From NCBI GenBank assembly GCA_013388415.1, contig JACADU010000268.1, positions 2,901 to 66,900 of the forward strand: a stretch of DNA of 64,000 bases. Reading direction: 5' to 3'. The notes beneath the pieces were generated by a model that saw nothing but the letters and a program-made list of their open reading frames with translations, did no database searches and was not told where the DNA came from. Of this stretch, positions 9,163-17,867 are shown piece after piece. Positions within the stretch are counted from its first letter, which is position 1. Each line of letters begins with the position of its first letter. The DNA is from Bryobacteraceae bacterium. Its GTDB lineage: Bacteria; Acidobacteriota; Terriglobia; Bryobacterales; Bryobacteraceae. Position numbers and translations under genes: made by a program.

Positions 9163-9879
9163 ATGCTATTGGTGTCAACCATGCCTGGGCCAAAGAGAAT
9201 CCTGATGATCGCCTCCAACCCCGCCGTGTCAACCACGCTGGGCGTGCCGGTTGGGTTCTGGGGCTCGGAGCTGACTCACCCTTGGCTGGCGTTTCGCGAG
9301 GCGCGATATGAAGTGACGATTGCCAGCCCGCTCGGAGGAAGACTCGAGATGGACGCGCTCAGCGACCCGCGGGACGCCAGCGGATACTCGGCGCACGATA
9401 TCGTCACGATGGGGTTCGTCCACACGCCGGCGTGCGCGAAACTTCTGGAGGAATCGCCCGCCCTGGAGACGCTCGATCCGGCGCAGTTCGATGCCGTGCT
9501 GGTCTGCGGTGGACAGGGGCCGATGTTCACTTTCCGGGGGAATCAGGCGCTGGAGCAGACAATCGGAGCGTTCTGGGACGCCGGCAAGCCTGTGGCGGCG
9601 CTTTGCCACGGAGTGGCGGCGCTGGTGGACCTGCCCTGGATCGAAAGCCGGACGCTCACGGGCTTCTCAAACGCCGAGGAGGACATCGCTGACTCGCTCA
9701 TGGGCAGGAAAGTGATGCCTTGGCGGATCGAGGATGCCGCGAAACAACGAGGAGCGAACTTCATCCGGGCGGCGGCTTGGCAGCCCTTCGCGGTTCGGGA
9801 CGGGCAACTGATTACAGGGCAGCAGCAATACTCAGGAACCGCCACGGCGAGGCTGCTCATCGAAACGTTGGGAGTTTAA
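9163..9879 (+). CDS. DJ-1/PfpI (type-1 glutamine amidotransferase-like) family protein
   Basis: Nucleophile-elbow block AALCHGVAAL and KRILMIASNP. Divergent from the HxlR gene. The start is chosen at the ATG with GAAGG upstream; 9181 is an alternative. Confidence 0.75.
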   Translation: MLLVSTMPGPKRILMIASNPAVSTTLGVPVGFWGSELTHPWLAFREARYEVTIASPLGGRLEMDALSDPRDASGYSAHDIVTMGFVHTPACAKLLEESPALETLDPAQFDAVLVCGGQGPMFTFRGNQALEQTIGAFWDAGKPVAALCHGVAALVDLPWIESRTLTGFSNAEEDIADSLMGRKVMPWRIEDAAKQRGANFIRAAAWQPFAVRDGQLITGQQQYSGTATARLLIETLGV

Positions 9880-9883
9880 CAGG

Positions 9884-10474
9884 ATGAAGATTGGCATCTT
9901 GGGCGCCGGAAATGTCGGCGCGACGCTGGGACGCAAATGGGCCGCTTCGGGCCACGACGTGAGAATGGGCGTGCGGAGCCCGGGAGACGGCGAGGTCTCG
10001 ATGGGCGAAGCGTTCAATCACGGCGAAGTTCTGTTGCTGGCGACACCGTGGGGACCGGCTGAAGGGTTCCTGAAGGGGCTTGGAGACTTCGGCGGCAAAA
10101 TTCTGATCGACGCCACGAATCCCATTGCTCCGGACCTCTCCGGGCTGACTCACGGGACAACGACATCCGGGGCTGAGCAAGTGGCCGCTTGGGCACGTGG
10201 ATCTCGCGTGGTGAAGTGCTTCAACACGGTCGGGTTCAACGTCATGGAGAACACCTCATTCGCCGAGGGGAAACCCTCGATGCTTTACTGCGGCGACGGC
10301 GCAGAAGCCAAGCATGTGGCGGGGCAGCTTGCGGCGGAGTGCGGCTTCGAGCCGCTGGACGCGGGTCCGCTGATGCAGGCACGGTGGCTGGAGCCGCTGG
10401 CAATGCTGTGGATCACAATGGCCATCAAGCACGGCTACGGCCGGGAGATGGCATTCCGCCTGATGCGAAGATAG
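9884..10474 (+). CDS. NADP-binding oxidoreductase (F420-reductase/NPD-like Rossmann protein)
   Basis: MKIGILGAGNVGATLGRKWAASGHDV dinucleotide-binding N-terminus. Length and C-terminal pattern fit the PF03807 family. Confidence 0.75.
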   Translation: MKIGILGAGNVGATLGRKWAASGHDVRMGVRSPGDGEVSMGEAFNHGEVLLLATPWGPAEGFLKGLGDFGGKILIDATNPIAPDLSGLTHGTTTSGAEQVAAWARGSRVVKCFNTVGFNVMENTSFAEGKPSMLYCGDGAEAKHVAGQLAAECGFEPLDAGPLMQARWLEPLAMLWITMAIKHGYGREMAFRLMRR

Positions 10475-10500
10475 CCCGCAGGCGTTAGACTGTTCCTGCA

Positions 10501-11676
10501 ATGGATCGCAGGAACTTCCTCATCACGGCGGGCGCGGCTTCCACAAGCGCCCTGGCGGCGGAACCGGTTCGGGCCGGGTTGATTGGCGCGGGTGGCCGCG
10601 GCAGATTCCTCACCGGCGAGTTCAAGGAAGTCGGCGCGCGCGTGGGCGCTGTCTGCGATGTCTACGAGCCCAATCTGCAAGCCGGCTTGAAGGCTGCTTC
10701 CTCTGGCGCGAAGGAGTATCGCGACTATCGAAGGCTGCTCGAGGACAAGTCGATCGAGGCGGTAATCGTGGCGACGCCGGACCACTGGCACGCCCGCATG
10801 ACGATCGATGCCGTCGAGGCGGGCAAGGACGTCTACGTCGAAAAGCCGCTGTGCCACGAGATTCCCGAGGGATTCGCCATGGTGGAGGCGGTCCGGCGGA
10901 CCCGCAGAATCGTTCAGGTGGGCACTCAGCGGCGCAGCCACGACATGTTCATGGAAGCGAAGAAGCTCCTGGACGGGGGCGCGTGCGGTCCGGTGCGCTT
11001 GGTCACGACTTGGTGGATGAACCATCAGGCGTCGCTTTCGGACCGGAAATTGGAGGGCGCGCTCGACTGGAAACAGTGGCTGGGTCCGGCTCCCGTCCGC
11101 GAGATGGATGCGAAGCGGTTCTTCAACTGGTATTACTACTGGGATTATTCGGGCGGGTTGCTCGTCGGGCAGGCGGCGCACATCGTGGACGCCGTGCATT
11201 GGTTCATGAATTCCGCGGCTCCGCTGGCGGTGACCTGCGCGGGCGGCCAGGTGAACCTGCCGGGCGCGGAGGTGCCGGAGACGGCGTCGCTGACGGTGGA
11301 GTATCCGGAGAATTACCTCTCGAATTTCGTGATCGGGTACAAGGCGATGCGGTATCACATGTACCACGACCAACTGGAGCAGTTCCACGGATCCAAGGCG
11401 CGGCTGGACATCAGCCGGGAGCGCTACGCCCTGATTCCCGAGAACCAGACGATGGAGATCAAGCCGAGCGTGGAGGTTTCACGGCCCGGCTCGTTCGCAG
11501 CCTGCACAAGAGCGCACATCCGCAACTTTCTGGAGTGCGTGCGCACACGGCAGGAACCGAACGCGCCTGTGGAGGCGGGGCTGTCGACGGCAATCGTCCT
11601 GGCGATGGCCATGGACTCGCTGCGGCAGGGACGGAGGCTCAAGTGGAACGCGCAGGCACGCAAAGTCGAGGCTTAG
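10501..11676 (+). CDS. Gfo/Idh/MocA-family oxidoreductase with Tat-type signal
   Basis: MDRRNFLITAGAAS twin-arginine-like signal, GLIGAGGRG Rossmann motif, and the ATPDHWHA...AGKDVYVEKP family block. Confidence 0.85.
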   Translation: MDRRNFLITAGAASTSALAAEPVRAGLIGAGGRGRFLTGEFKEVGARVGAVCDVYEPNLQAGLKAASSGAKEYRDYRRLLEDKSIEAVIVATPDHWHARMTIDAVEAGKDVYVEKPLCHEIPEGFAMVEAVRRTRRIVQVGTQRRSHDMFMEAKKLLDGGACGPVRLVTTWWMNHQASLSDRKLEGALDWKQWLGPAPVREMDAKRFFNWYYYWDYSGGLLVGQAAHIVDAVHWFMNSAAPLAVTCAGGQVNLPGAEVPETASLTVEYPENYLSNFVIGYKAMRYHMYHDQLEQFHGSKARLDISRERYALIPENQTMEIKPSVEVSRPGSFAACTRAHIRNFLECVRTRQEPNAPVEAGLSTAIVLAMAMDSLRQGRRLKWNAQARKVEA

Positions 11677-11680
11677 GCGG

Positions 11681-13516
11681 ATGAGACAGGGGCTGCTCTG
11701 GGCGGGCTTGGCGGCCGCGGCGTGGGCGCAGCCCCCAACGCCGTCTCCCGACCCTGCGCTTGAGATGGTGGAGGGGATCAAGCGTTGGCTGCTCAAGGCG
11801 ACTGAAAGACAGCGGGACTTGCCGGTGAGCCGGGAACGGCTGCGGTTCGTCATCGGGGCGGTCGACCAGTTGGCGGCTCCGGCGATGGAACTGGCTCATC
11901 CTGCTCTGGCGCGGACCGGCGCTTTCGAAATCCGCGCCGCGCGGTGGGCGGTCTTCGATGGGTACTCGGCGGCAGGTCTGCACTTCAAGCCAAAAGGCGC
12001 AGCGAAGTGCCGGGCGGTGGTCGCGCCGGAATCAAACGGCGCGGCGCTGCGGCTCGCGGCCCGCGGATGTGAAGTCGTCGCGGTCTCGCTCTTCGACCAC
12101 GAGCAGACCTACGCAGTGAGCGAGATGTTGAACCGGCCCACAAAACTGTCTCATCGGGAGCTGGTCTACCGGATGGCGTTCCCCTTGGGACGGCATCCGG
12201 TCGGCTACGACACGCAGGCGGTGCTCGCGGCAGCCAGGTGGCTGAACACGCAGCAGCCGCCCGTTCCGTTGTGGGGGGCGGGTGCGGGGGACGGAGTTCT
12301 GGCGGTGCTGTACGCCGCGGCGCTCGATGAGGCGTTCGATGAAATCTGGCTGGATGCTCAGCCCCGCGACCCAAAACTGCTGCACAAGGAACCGCTGGAC
12401 AGGAACGTCTTCGGCTGGATCCCGGATTCGCAGGTCGCCGCGTTGGTGGCCCCGCGTAAGATTCATTGGGCGTCGCCGGTGGGAGGAGTTTTGCCGCAAG
12501 TGAAGTTCGCCGCTCCCGACCGGCGGCGCGAGCAGATGCGCGCGGTGGCCGCGCATATCGGCAGGCTGGTGGTGAAGTCGGAAGCGGCGCGTTCGGTCCG
12601 CTTCTCCAAAGAAGGTCCGGCGCTGAAGCGCGTCCTCTGGGATCAAGTGTTCGGAAGGCTCCCGGCGGCAAGCGTGCCGTTGAACGCGCGCCTGTCGCGG
12701 GCGTATTCAGGGGACGGATACGAGGGATTCGATGTCTGGTTCGACGTCCACCAGGACGTGTTCGGATACGGCGTGCTGCTCAGGCCGCTGGGGCTGAAGC
12801 CCGGCGAGAAGAGGCCCCTCGTGGTGCTTCAACACGGCTTGCAGGGCCGTCCCCAATGGCTGTTTCAGCAACCCCCGGGGCGGCCGCTGGATGTCTATTC
12901 GAATTACGGCGAGACGCTGGTCCGGGCCGGGTTCTTGGTGTACATCCCGCAGAATCCCTACATTCACGATTTCCGCCCGATTGCGCGGCTGGCCAATCCG
13001 CTGGGACTGTCCTTGTACTCGTTCATCCTGGCGCAGTATGAGCGGATGCTGGAGTGGCTGGCGGCGCTGCCGGAGGTGGACGCGGAGAGGATCGGTTTCT
13101 ACGGGCTCTCTTACGGCGGCAAGACGGCGCTGCGCGTGCCTCCGCTTCTCGCCCGGTTCAAGGCGGCGGTGTGCGCGGGCGATTTCAACGAGTGGATCCG
13201 GAAACTGGTGACGCTCGACTACAACTTCAGTTACGTGTTCACGGTGGAATACGAACTGCTCGAGTGGAACCTGGCCTGGGTGGCGAGCCACGCCGAGATG
13301 GCGCAGTTGATGGCGCCGCGGCCTTTCATGGTCGAGCGGGGCCACAGGGACGCGGTCGGCGCGGACGAGTGGGTGGAGTATGAATACGCGAAGGTGCGGC
13401 GGTTTTATGACGAGGCGGGGCTGGGGGACCGCACGGGCATCGCTTTCTTCAATGGTCCGCACAAGATCGACGGCGTGGCGGCGCTGGAGTTCCTGAAGAA
13501 GTGGCTGGGGCGGTGA
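11681..13516 (+). CDS. exported alpha/beta-hydrolase-fold protein (dienelactone hydrolase/acetyl-xylan-esterase-like)
   Basis: Signal-like N-terminus. GFYGLSYGG nucleophile elbow. 611 aa. Starts 4 nt after the upstream oxidoreductase. Confidence 0.65.
   Translation: MRQGLLWAGLAAAAWAQPPTPSPDPALEMVEGIKRWLLKATERQRDLPVSRERLRFVIGAVDQLAAPAMELAHPALARTGAFEIRAARWAVFDGYSAAGLHFKPKGAAKCRAVVAPESNGAALRLAARGCEVVAVSLFDHEQTYAVSEMLNRPTKLSHRELVYRMAFPLGRHPVGYDTQAVLAAARWLNTQQPPVPLWGAGAGDGVLAVLYAAALDEAFDEIWLDAQPRDPKLLHKEPLDRNVFGWIPDSQVAALVAPRKIHWASPVGGVLPQVKFAAPDRRREQMRAVAAHIGRLVVKSEAARSVRFSKEGPALKRVLWDQVFGRLPAASVPLNARLSRAYSGDGYEGFDVWFDVHQDVFGYGVLLRPLGLKPGEKRPLVVLQHGLQGRPQWLFQQPPGRPLDVYSNYGETLVRAGFLVYIPQNPYIHDFRPIARLANPLGLSLYSFILAQYERMLEWLAALPEVDAERIGFYGLSYGGKTALRVPPLLARFKAAVCAGDFNEWIRKLVTLDYNFSYVFTVEYELLEWNLAWVASHAEMAQLMAPRPFMVERGHRDAVGADEWVEYEYAKVRRFYDEAGLGDRTGIAFFNGPHKIDGVAALEFLKKWLGR
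13471..13514. repeat. 44-bp direct repeat, copy 1 (3' end of the hydrolase CDS)
   Basis: CGGCGTGGCGGCGCTGGAGTTCCTGAAGAAGTGGCTGGGGCGGT is identical to 14237-14280. Confidence 0.95.
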
Positions 13517-13528
13517 GGGCAGCCTCGT

Positions 13529-14158
13529 TTAGCGCCGCCGTAAGGCAAGCCCGCATAGGGCGAGACCCGCGAGCACCAGGCTTGTGGATGCAGGTTCCGG
13601 AATCTCAGCGAGTTCGAAATTGTCGACGGCGAAATCCGGCGCCGTGGAAGTGAGACGAATCGCATCGAAGGGAGCGCCAGAAAAGGAAATAATGCCTTCA
13701 GGGAAAGAGAAGCCGGGCGGAATCGAACCCGAGGCCGTGGAGGAACCCACGATTGTGCCTCCAACACCGCCAGTGTATGCGACGAGAGTCATTGTGTCCG
13801 ATCCGGCGGAGTTCAAGGCGAAATTTGCGGAAATGCTCAGCAACGCCGTGCTGAAAGTGACATCAAGAGCATGAAGAGGTTCGTCGGCGTCAAGCAGCAC
13901 ATTTCCGGTTAGGGAACTAAAAAACCCGGCCGTGACCGAGAAGACCGCACCGTCAGGAGAAGAGAATGTCCCGGTGACTCCTGCGTTGGATTCCGGGAAC
14001 GGCACTACCGTGCCGGAGGAGATTAGATCGAAGTTCAGTGTCGCGCCGGAAGCCGGGCACTGAAAAGGGCGGCCGCAATCACCCCGCCGCAACATAAGCC
14101 TTCCGCATCGAATCCCTCCTCCAATGCAAATTGGGTTCTTTGGAGGAGAGACTATCAC
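13529..14158 (-). CDS. PEP-CTERM sorting-domain protein, apparently lacking an N-terminal signal peptide (possible gene remnant)
   Basis: The C-terminus IPEPASTSLVLAGLALCGLALRRR is a PEP motif plus TM helix plus Arg cluster. The N-terminus (MIVSPPKNPICIGGG...) has no hydrophobic signal. The gene is flanked by the 44-bp direct repeat. Confidence 0.6.
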   Translation of the reverse strand: MIVSPPKNPICIGGGIRCGRLMLRRGDCGRPFQCPASGATLNFDLISSGTVVPFPESNAGVTGTFSSPDGAVFSVTAGFFSSLTGNVLLDADEPLHALDVTFSTALLSISANFALNSAGSDTMTLVAYTGGVGGTIVGSSTASGSIPPGFSFPEGIISFSGAPFDAIRLTSTAPDFAVDNFELAEIPEPASTSLVLAGLALCGLALRRR

Positions 14159-14236
14159 CCCAGGGCAGGGAAGGTCAAGCGTTTTTGTGCCCCGCCCACG
14201 ATGGGCGCAAAAGGCGGACGATTGACCAGAGAAAGG

Positions 14237-14280
14237 CGGCGTGGCGGCGCTGGAGTTCCTGAAGAAGTGGCTGGGGCGGT
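14237..14280. repeat. 44-bp direct repeat, copy 2 (intergenic, 2 nt from the ATPase stop codon)
   Basis: Identical to 13471-13514. Confidence 0.95.
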
Positions 14281-14282
14281 CG

Positions 14283-15482
14283 TCAGGATGAGCCGGCGGT
14301 CCTGGCGCGGCGGGAGGGGTGGAGGGCGCTGACGAAGCGGCGCAGGTCGAGCGCTTCGACGCCGGGCGCGAGAGCGCGGACCTCGGAAGCCGAGGGCGAC
14401 TCGCGGTGCACGATGGTCATGCGGGCAGAAACACTGCCGCCGATGGCGCGGTGCAGAGAGAGCAGCGGCCCGGCCATCGAGGGGAAGACGGTTTTCGCTG
14501 CTTTGCACTCGGCCATCCACAGGCCGCCGCGGCCGTCGGGGAAGAGGAAGTCGACTTCAAGACCCTGCTGGTCGCGGAAGTGGTAGATCTCTTTTCGGTC
14601 TCCACGATTGATCTGGCTCTTGACGATTTCAGCGGCCACGAAGCCCTCGAACAGGGCTCCGAGGAAGGGCGAACGGTTCAGTTCGGCCTGGCTGCGGATG
14701 CCGAGCAGGTAACAGGCGAGGCCCGAATCGCTCCAGTAGACTTTGGGGGTCTTGAGCAGCCGTTTGCCGAAGTTCTCGAAATAAGGCGGGACCAGGATGA
14801 TCTGGCCGGTGATTTCCAGGATGTGAAGCCACGCGTTCACGGTCGGAACGGAGACGCCGAGCGGCGCGGCGAGGTCGGTCCGGTTGAGGAGCTGCCCGTG
14901 CCGCGCGGCGAGCAAGGACAGGAGCCGGCGGAAGAGGCCAAGATCGCGGATATTGGCGATGCCGCGAACGTCGCGCTCCAGATAGGTTTGAAGGTAGGAG
15001 CTGAACCACAGTTCGCGCTGGTTCGGACGGGCGAGAACCTCGGGGTAGCCGCCATGAAGGATCGTTGCGCGGTCCGTCTCGGCCACGCTGAAGGGAAGCA
15101 ACTGAAGGACCGCGGCGCGGCCGGCCATGGATTCCGGGACGCCGCGCATGAGCGGCACTTCCTGAGAACCGGTGAAGAACCACTGGCCGGTCTTTCGGGG
15201 ACGTTTGTCGATCTGCGACCGGATATAGGGGAAGAGTTCGGGCACGTTCTGGATCTCGTCGAACAGGACCGGAGGGCGGAGTTCGCCGATGAGGGCGCGG
15301 GGGTCGGCCCGGACGCGGGCCTGCATGTCGGAGTCCTCGAGGGAGACGTAACGGGCCTTGGGGAAGAGTCTGCGCAGCAGAGTGGTTTTTCCGGCGCGGC
15401 GGGGCCCGGTCAGGACGACGGCGGGGAAAGACTGGCTGGCTTTGGCGAGCGCGTATTCAAGCATCCGGGCGACAAAGCGCAT
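14283..15482 (-). CDS. AAA+ ATPase with DUF4143 / PD-(D/E)xK-like C-terminal domain (COG1373-type)
   Basis: Walker A LTGPRRAGKTTLL and Walker B VLFDEIQ. HTH-like LAAPLGVSVPTVNAWL. Nuclease-like GLEVDFLF...WMAECKAAK. No Shine-Dalgarno before the ATG at 15482. Confidence 0.8.
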   Translation of the reverse strand: MRFVARMLEYALAKASQSFPAVVLTGPRRAGKTTLLRRLFPKARYVSLEDSDMQARVRADPRALIGELRPPVLFDEIQNVPELFPYIRSQIDKRPRKTGQWFFTGSQEVPLMRGVPESMAGRAAVLQLLPFSVAETDRATILHGGYPEVLARPNQRELWFSSYLQTYLERDVRGIANIRDLGLFRRLLSLLAARHGQLLNRTDLAAPLGVSVPTVNAWLHILEITGQIILVPPYFENFGKRLLKTPKVYWSDSGLACYLLGIRSQAELNRSPFLGALFEGFVAAEIVKSQINRGDRKEIYHFRDQQGLEVDFLFPDGRGGLWMAECKAAKTVFPSMAGPLLSLHRAIGGSVSARMTIVHRESPSASEVRALAPGVEALDLRRFVSALHPSRRARTAGSS

Positions 15483-15483
15483 A

Positions 15484-15517
15484 TGAGAATTCTAAAGTAT
15501 CGCTTTAAATTTCTCAA
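15484..15517 (-). promoter_or_regulatory. 34-nt imperfect palindrome reading TTGAGA-N17-TAGAAT on the minus strand (proximal copy); predicted leaderless promoter of the ATPase gene
   Basis: The minus strand reads TTGAGAAATTTAAAGCGATACTTTAGAATTCTCA followed by TATG. The 7th base after the -10 hexamer is the A of the start codon at 15482. Confidence 0.45.
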
Positions 15518-15554
15518 CCACTGGATCTGGTTCCGGAGAGCGCAACATCGTATG

Positions 15555-15588
15555 TGAGAAATCTAAAGTTGTACTTTAACATTCTCAA
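15555..15588 (-). promoter_or_regulatory. 34-nt imperfect palindrome, distal copy (TTGAGA-N17-TAGATT on the minus strand)
   Basis: 27/34 identical to 15484-15517 and 71 bp upstream of it. Lies in the most AT-rich stretch of the window. Confidence 0.35.
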
Positions 15589-15601
15589 AAGCGCGCAAGT
15601 T

Positions 15602-16996
15602 TCATCCGGCGCGGAATTCGGGCCGGTGCTGGTCGTTGATGAGCCAGGGATCGCCGGTGCGCTTGCGGAATTGGATGACCTCGCGGCGGAGCTGGAGGAG
15701 GGTCTCCCTGTAACGGGGTTCGGCGGCGAGGTTCACTACTTCGTCGGGGTCCTGGTTGAGGTCGTAGAGTTCCTCGTGCGGGCGGAAGAGGTAGTCTTTG
15801 ACGGAGCGCCTGCCGAGCCTGGCGGCCTCGCCGCCTTTCAGCAGTCCCTGCCAGGTTTCGCTGTCGTAGAGGTCGCTGGCGTGGGGAAATTCCTTCTGCC
15901 AGTCGAGATTGCGGAGGTACTTCCAGCGGCGGGTGCGCGTGCCGCGGATGGGGTAGTGCATCGTGACTTCGTGGAAGGTGTGGGAGTAGAAGATCTGGTC
16001 CCACCCCGCGGGATTTTCCCGCCCGAGAACGGGCAGCCAGCTGCGGCCGTGCAGAGGGTAGCCGGGGCCGGCGGCGCCCGCGATTTCGAGGAATGTGGGC
16101 GCGAGGTCGGTCCAACTGACCATGGCGTTGTTGATGGAGCCGCCGCGAGCGAGCGAGGGCGCGCGGATCATCATCGGCAGGTGAGAGCCGGCATCGTAAA
16201 CATTGGTCTTGGCGTTGGGGAAGGCGGGGCCGTTGTCGCTGAGGAAGACGAAGAGAGTGTTGTCAAGCTGGCCGGTGGAACTCAATGCGTCGAGGAGGAA
16301 GCCGGCGCCCTGGTCGAGCCGGTTGGCGGCTTCGTAGTATTCGGCAAGCTCGCGGCGCGTGCCCGGGTTGTCAGGGAGCCATGAAGGGACGCGGACCTGG
16401 GCCGGTTCAAATGGCGTTTTCGCGACACCGGGATACGAGACGCTGTTGCCAAAGCCAACTTGCGCGCGGTGGGGGTCGCCGTAGCCGATGTGAAGGTAGA
16501 AGGGCGAGCCGGCGCAGTCCTGGACGAACTTGCGGGCGGTCTCGGCCATCTGGCGGACATTGCGGTCGGCCCCTTCGGCCAACAGGTCCCAGCCGAACTG
16601 AGCAGGCGGAGCAACATGGAACTTCCCGATAAGGCCGGTTCTGTAGCCGGCGGTCTTGAGCAGCGCGGGCAGGGGGCGGATGTGCGGGTGAAGGGAGAAA
16701 TGGTGGTAATCGTGAGCGTGGCCAAACTGGCCATTGGCATGGTTGTGGAGGCCGGTGAGCATCACACTGCGGGAAGCGCTGCAGGAGGCGGTGGTGCAGA
16801 AGGCATGGGTAAAGCGGACGCCCTCGCGGGCGAGCCGGTCAAGGTTCGGCGTCTTCGCCACACTGTCGCCGTAGGCCCCGGTGGTTCGGCCAAGATCGTC
16901 GGCGATGGCGAGAACGATGTTCATTCTGCGCTGCGTTTGGGAGCGCAAAATGGCGGGCGCGGCCAGGGATGCGGCCACTTGGCGGCGGGAAAGCAT
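15602..16996 (-). CDS. sulfatase (N-sulfoglucosamine sulfohydrolase-like) with C-x-A-x-R active-site motif
   Basis: NIVLAIADDLG, ASCSASRSVMLTGL and GKFH blocks. Signal MLSRRQVAASLAAPAIL from the ATG at 16996. The upstream TTG at 17023 is less likely. Confidence 0.85.
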   Translation of the reverse strand: MLSRRQVAASLAAPAILRSQTQRRMNIVLAIADDLGRTTGAYGDSVAKTPNLDRLAREGVRFTHAFCTTASCSASRSVMLTGLHNHANGQFGHAHDYHHFSLHPHIRPLPALLKTAGYRTGLIGKFHVAPPAQFGWDLLAEGADRNVRQMAETARKFVQDCAGSPFYLHIGYGDPHRAQVGFGNSVSYPGVAKTPFEPAQVRVPSWLPDNPGTRRELAEYYEAANRLDQGAGFLLDALSSTGQLDNTLFVFLSDNGPAFPNAKTNVYDAGSHLPMMIRAPSLARGGSINNAMVSWTDLAPTFLEIAGAAGPGYPLHGRSWLPVLGRENPAGWDQIFYSHTFHEVTMHYPIRGTRTRRWKYLRNLDWQKEFPHASDLYDSETWQGLLKGGEAARLGRRSVKDYLFRPHEELYDLNQDPDEVVNLAAEPRYRETLLQLRREVIQFRKRTGDPWLINDQHRPEFRAG

Positions 16997-17092
16997 GACA
17001 GGAGGATTGTATCGAAGGGGCAACTTGAGTTTGCGGCCGCCGTAGCCATCGTCTCAGCGCCGTTGGAACCCGTCGAATCGTAAGCTGAAAAT

Positions 17093-17854
17093 GTGACAGG
17101 CACATTTATCGTGCTTCTGATCCTGGCGGCGGGGGCGCAGGCGGCGGAGTTGTCGCCGAAGACACTGAACGCATTCCAGGCTTACATCGAGGCTGCCGAC
17201 CGGGCCATGCAGGAGAGGCCGCAGTCTGCTGCACGCCTCGCGGCAAAGCCGGGCGCACCGCCGGTCGTCGAAGGGTGGGAGGGGAAGGGCGTCCACGAAG
17301 TCGCCGATGGCCTTGTGCACGACTGGGTGGGCGCGATCTTTGTCGAGAAAGTCCGGCTCAAGGACGCGATCGAGGTCCTGCGGAATGTGGACAAATACAA
17401 GCACTACTATCCGCAGGTGATCGCCTCGCGCACATTGAAGCGGGAGGGCGACCGGGCCGCGGTTTCGATGCGGCTGCTGAAGAAGAAGATCATCACCGTC
17501 GTTCTCGACGCCCACTACGACGTCCAGAATCGGGATCTCGGCGGCGGCAGGTACCAGATCTGGTCCAAGAGCACGAAGATCTCCGAGGTTTCGAATGCAG
17601 GCAAGCCGGACGAGCACATCAAGCCGCCCGGCACCGGCTTCGGCTTCCTGTGGCGGCTCAATTCCTACTGGCTGCTCGAAGAGCGCAACGGCGGCGTATA
17701 CATGGAGTTGCGGGCGATTTCGCTGACCCGTGACATCCCGGCCGGCCTGGGATGGGCGATCAAGCCGATGGTGACGAGCCTGCCTCGCGAGTCGCTGGTC
17801 TCGACGCTCGAAGGCACGGCCAAAGCAATGCTGTGGTATTCTCGTCAGAACTAG
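17093..17854 (+). CDS. hypothetical exported protein (possibly START/SRPBCC-like)
   Basis: GTG start with signal peptide TFIVLLILAAGAQA. 253 aa. The fold assignment is only a guess from length and pattern. Confidence 0.55.
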   Translation: MTGTFIVLLILAAGAQAAELSPKTLNAFQAYIEAADRAMQERPQSAARLAAKPGAPPVVEGWEGKGVHEVADGLVHDWVGAIFVEKVRLKDAIEVLRNVDKYKHYYPQVIASRTLKREGDRAAVSMRLLKKKIITVVLDAHYDVQNRDLGGGRYQIWSKSTKISEVSNAGKPDEHIKPPGTGFGFLWRLNSYWLLEERNGGVYMELRAISLTRDIPAGLGWAIKPMVTSLPRESLVSTLEGTAKAMLWYSRQN

Positions 17855-17867
17855 AGAGGGGCCAGTG

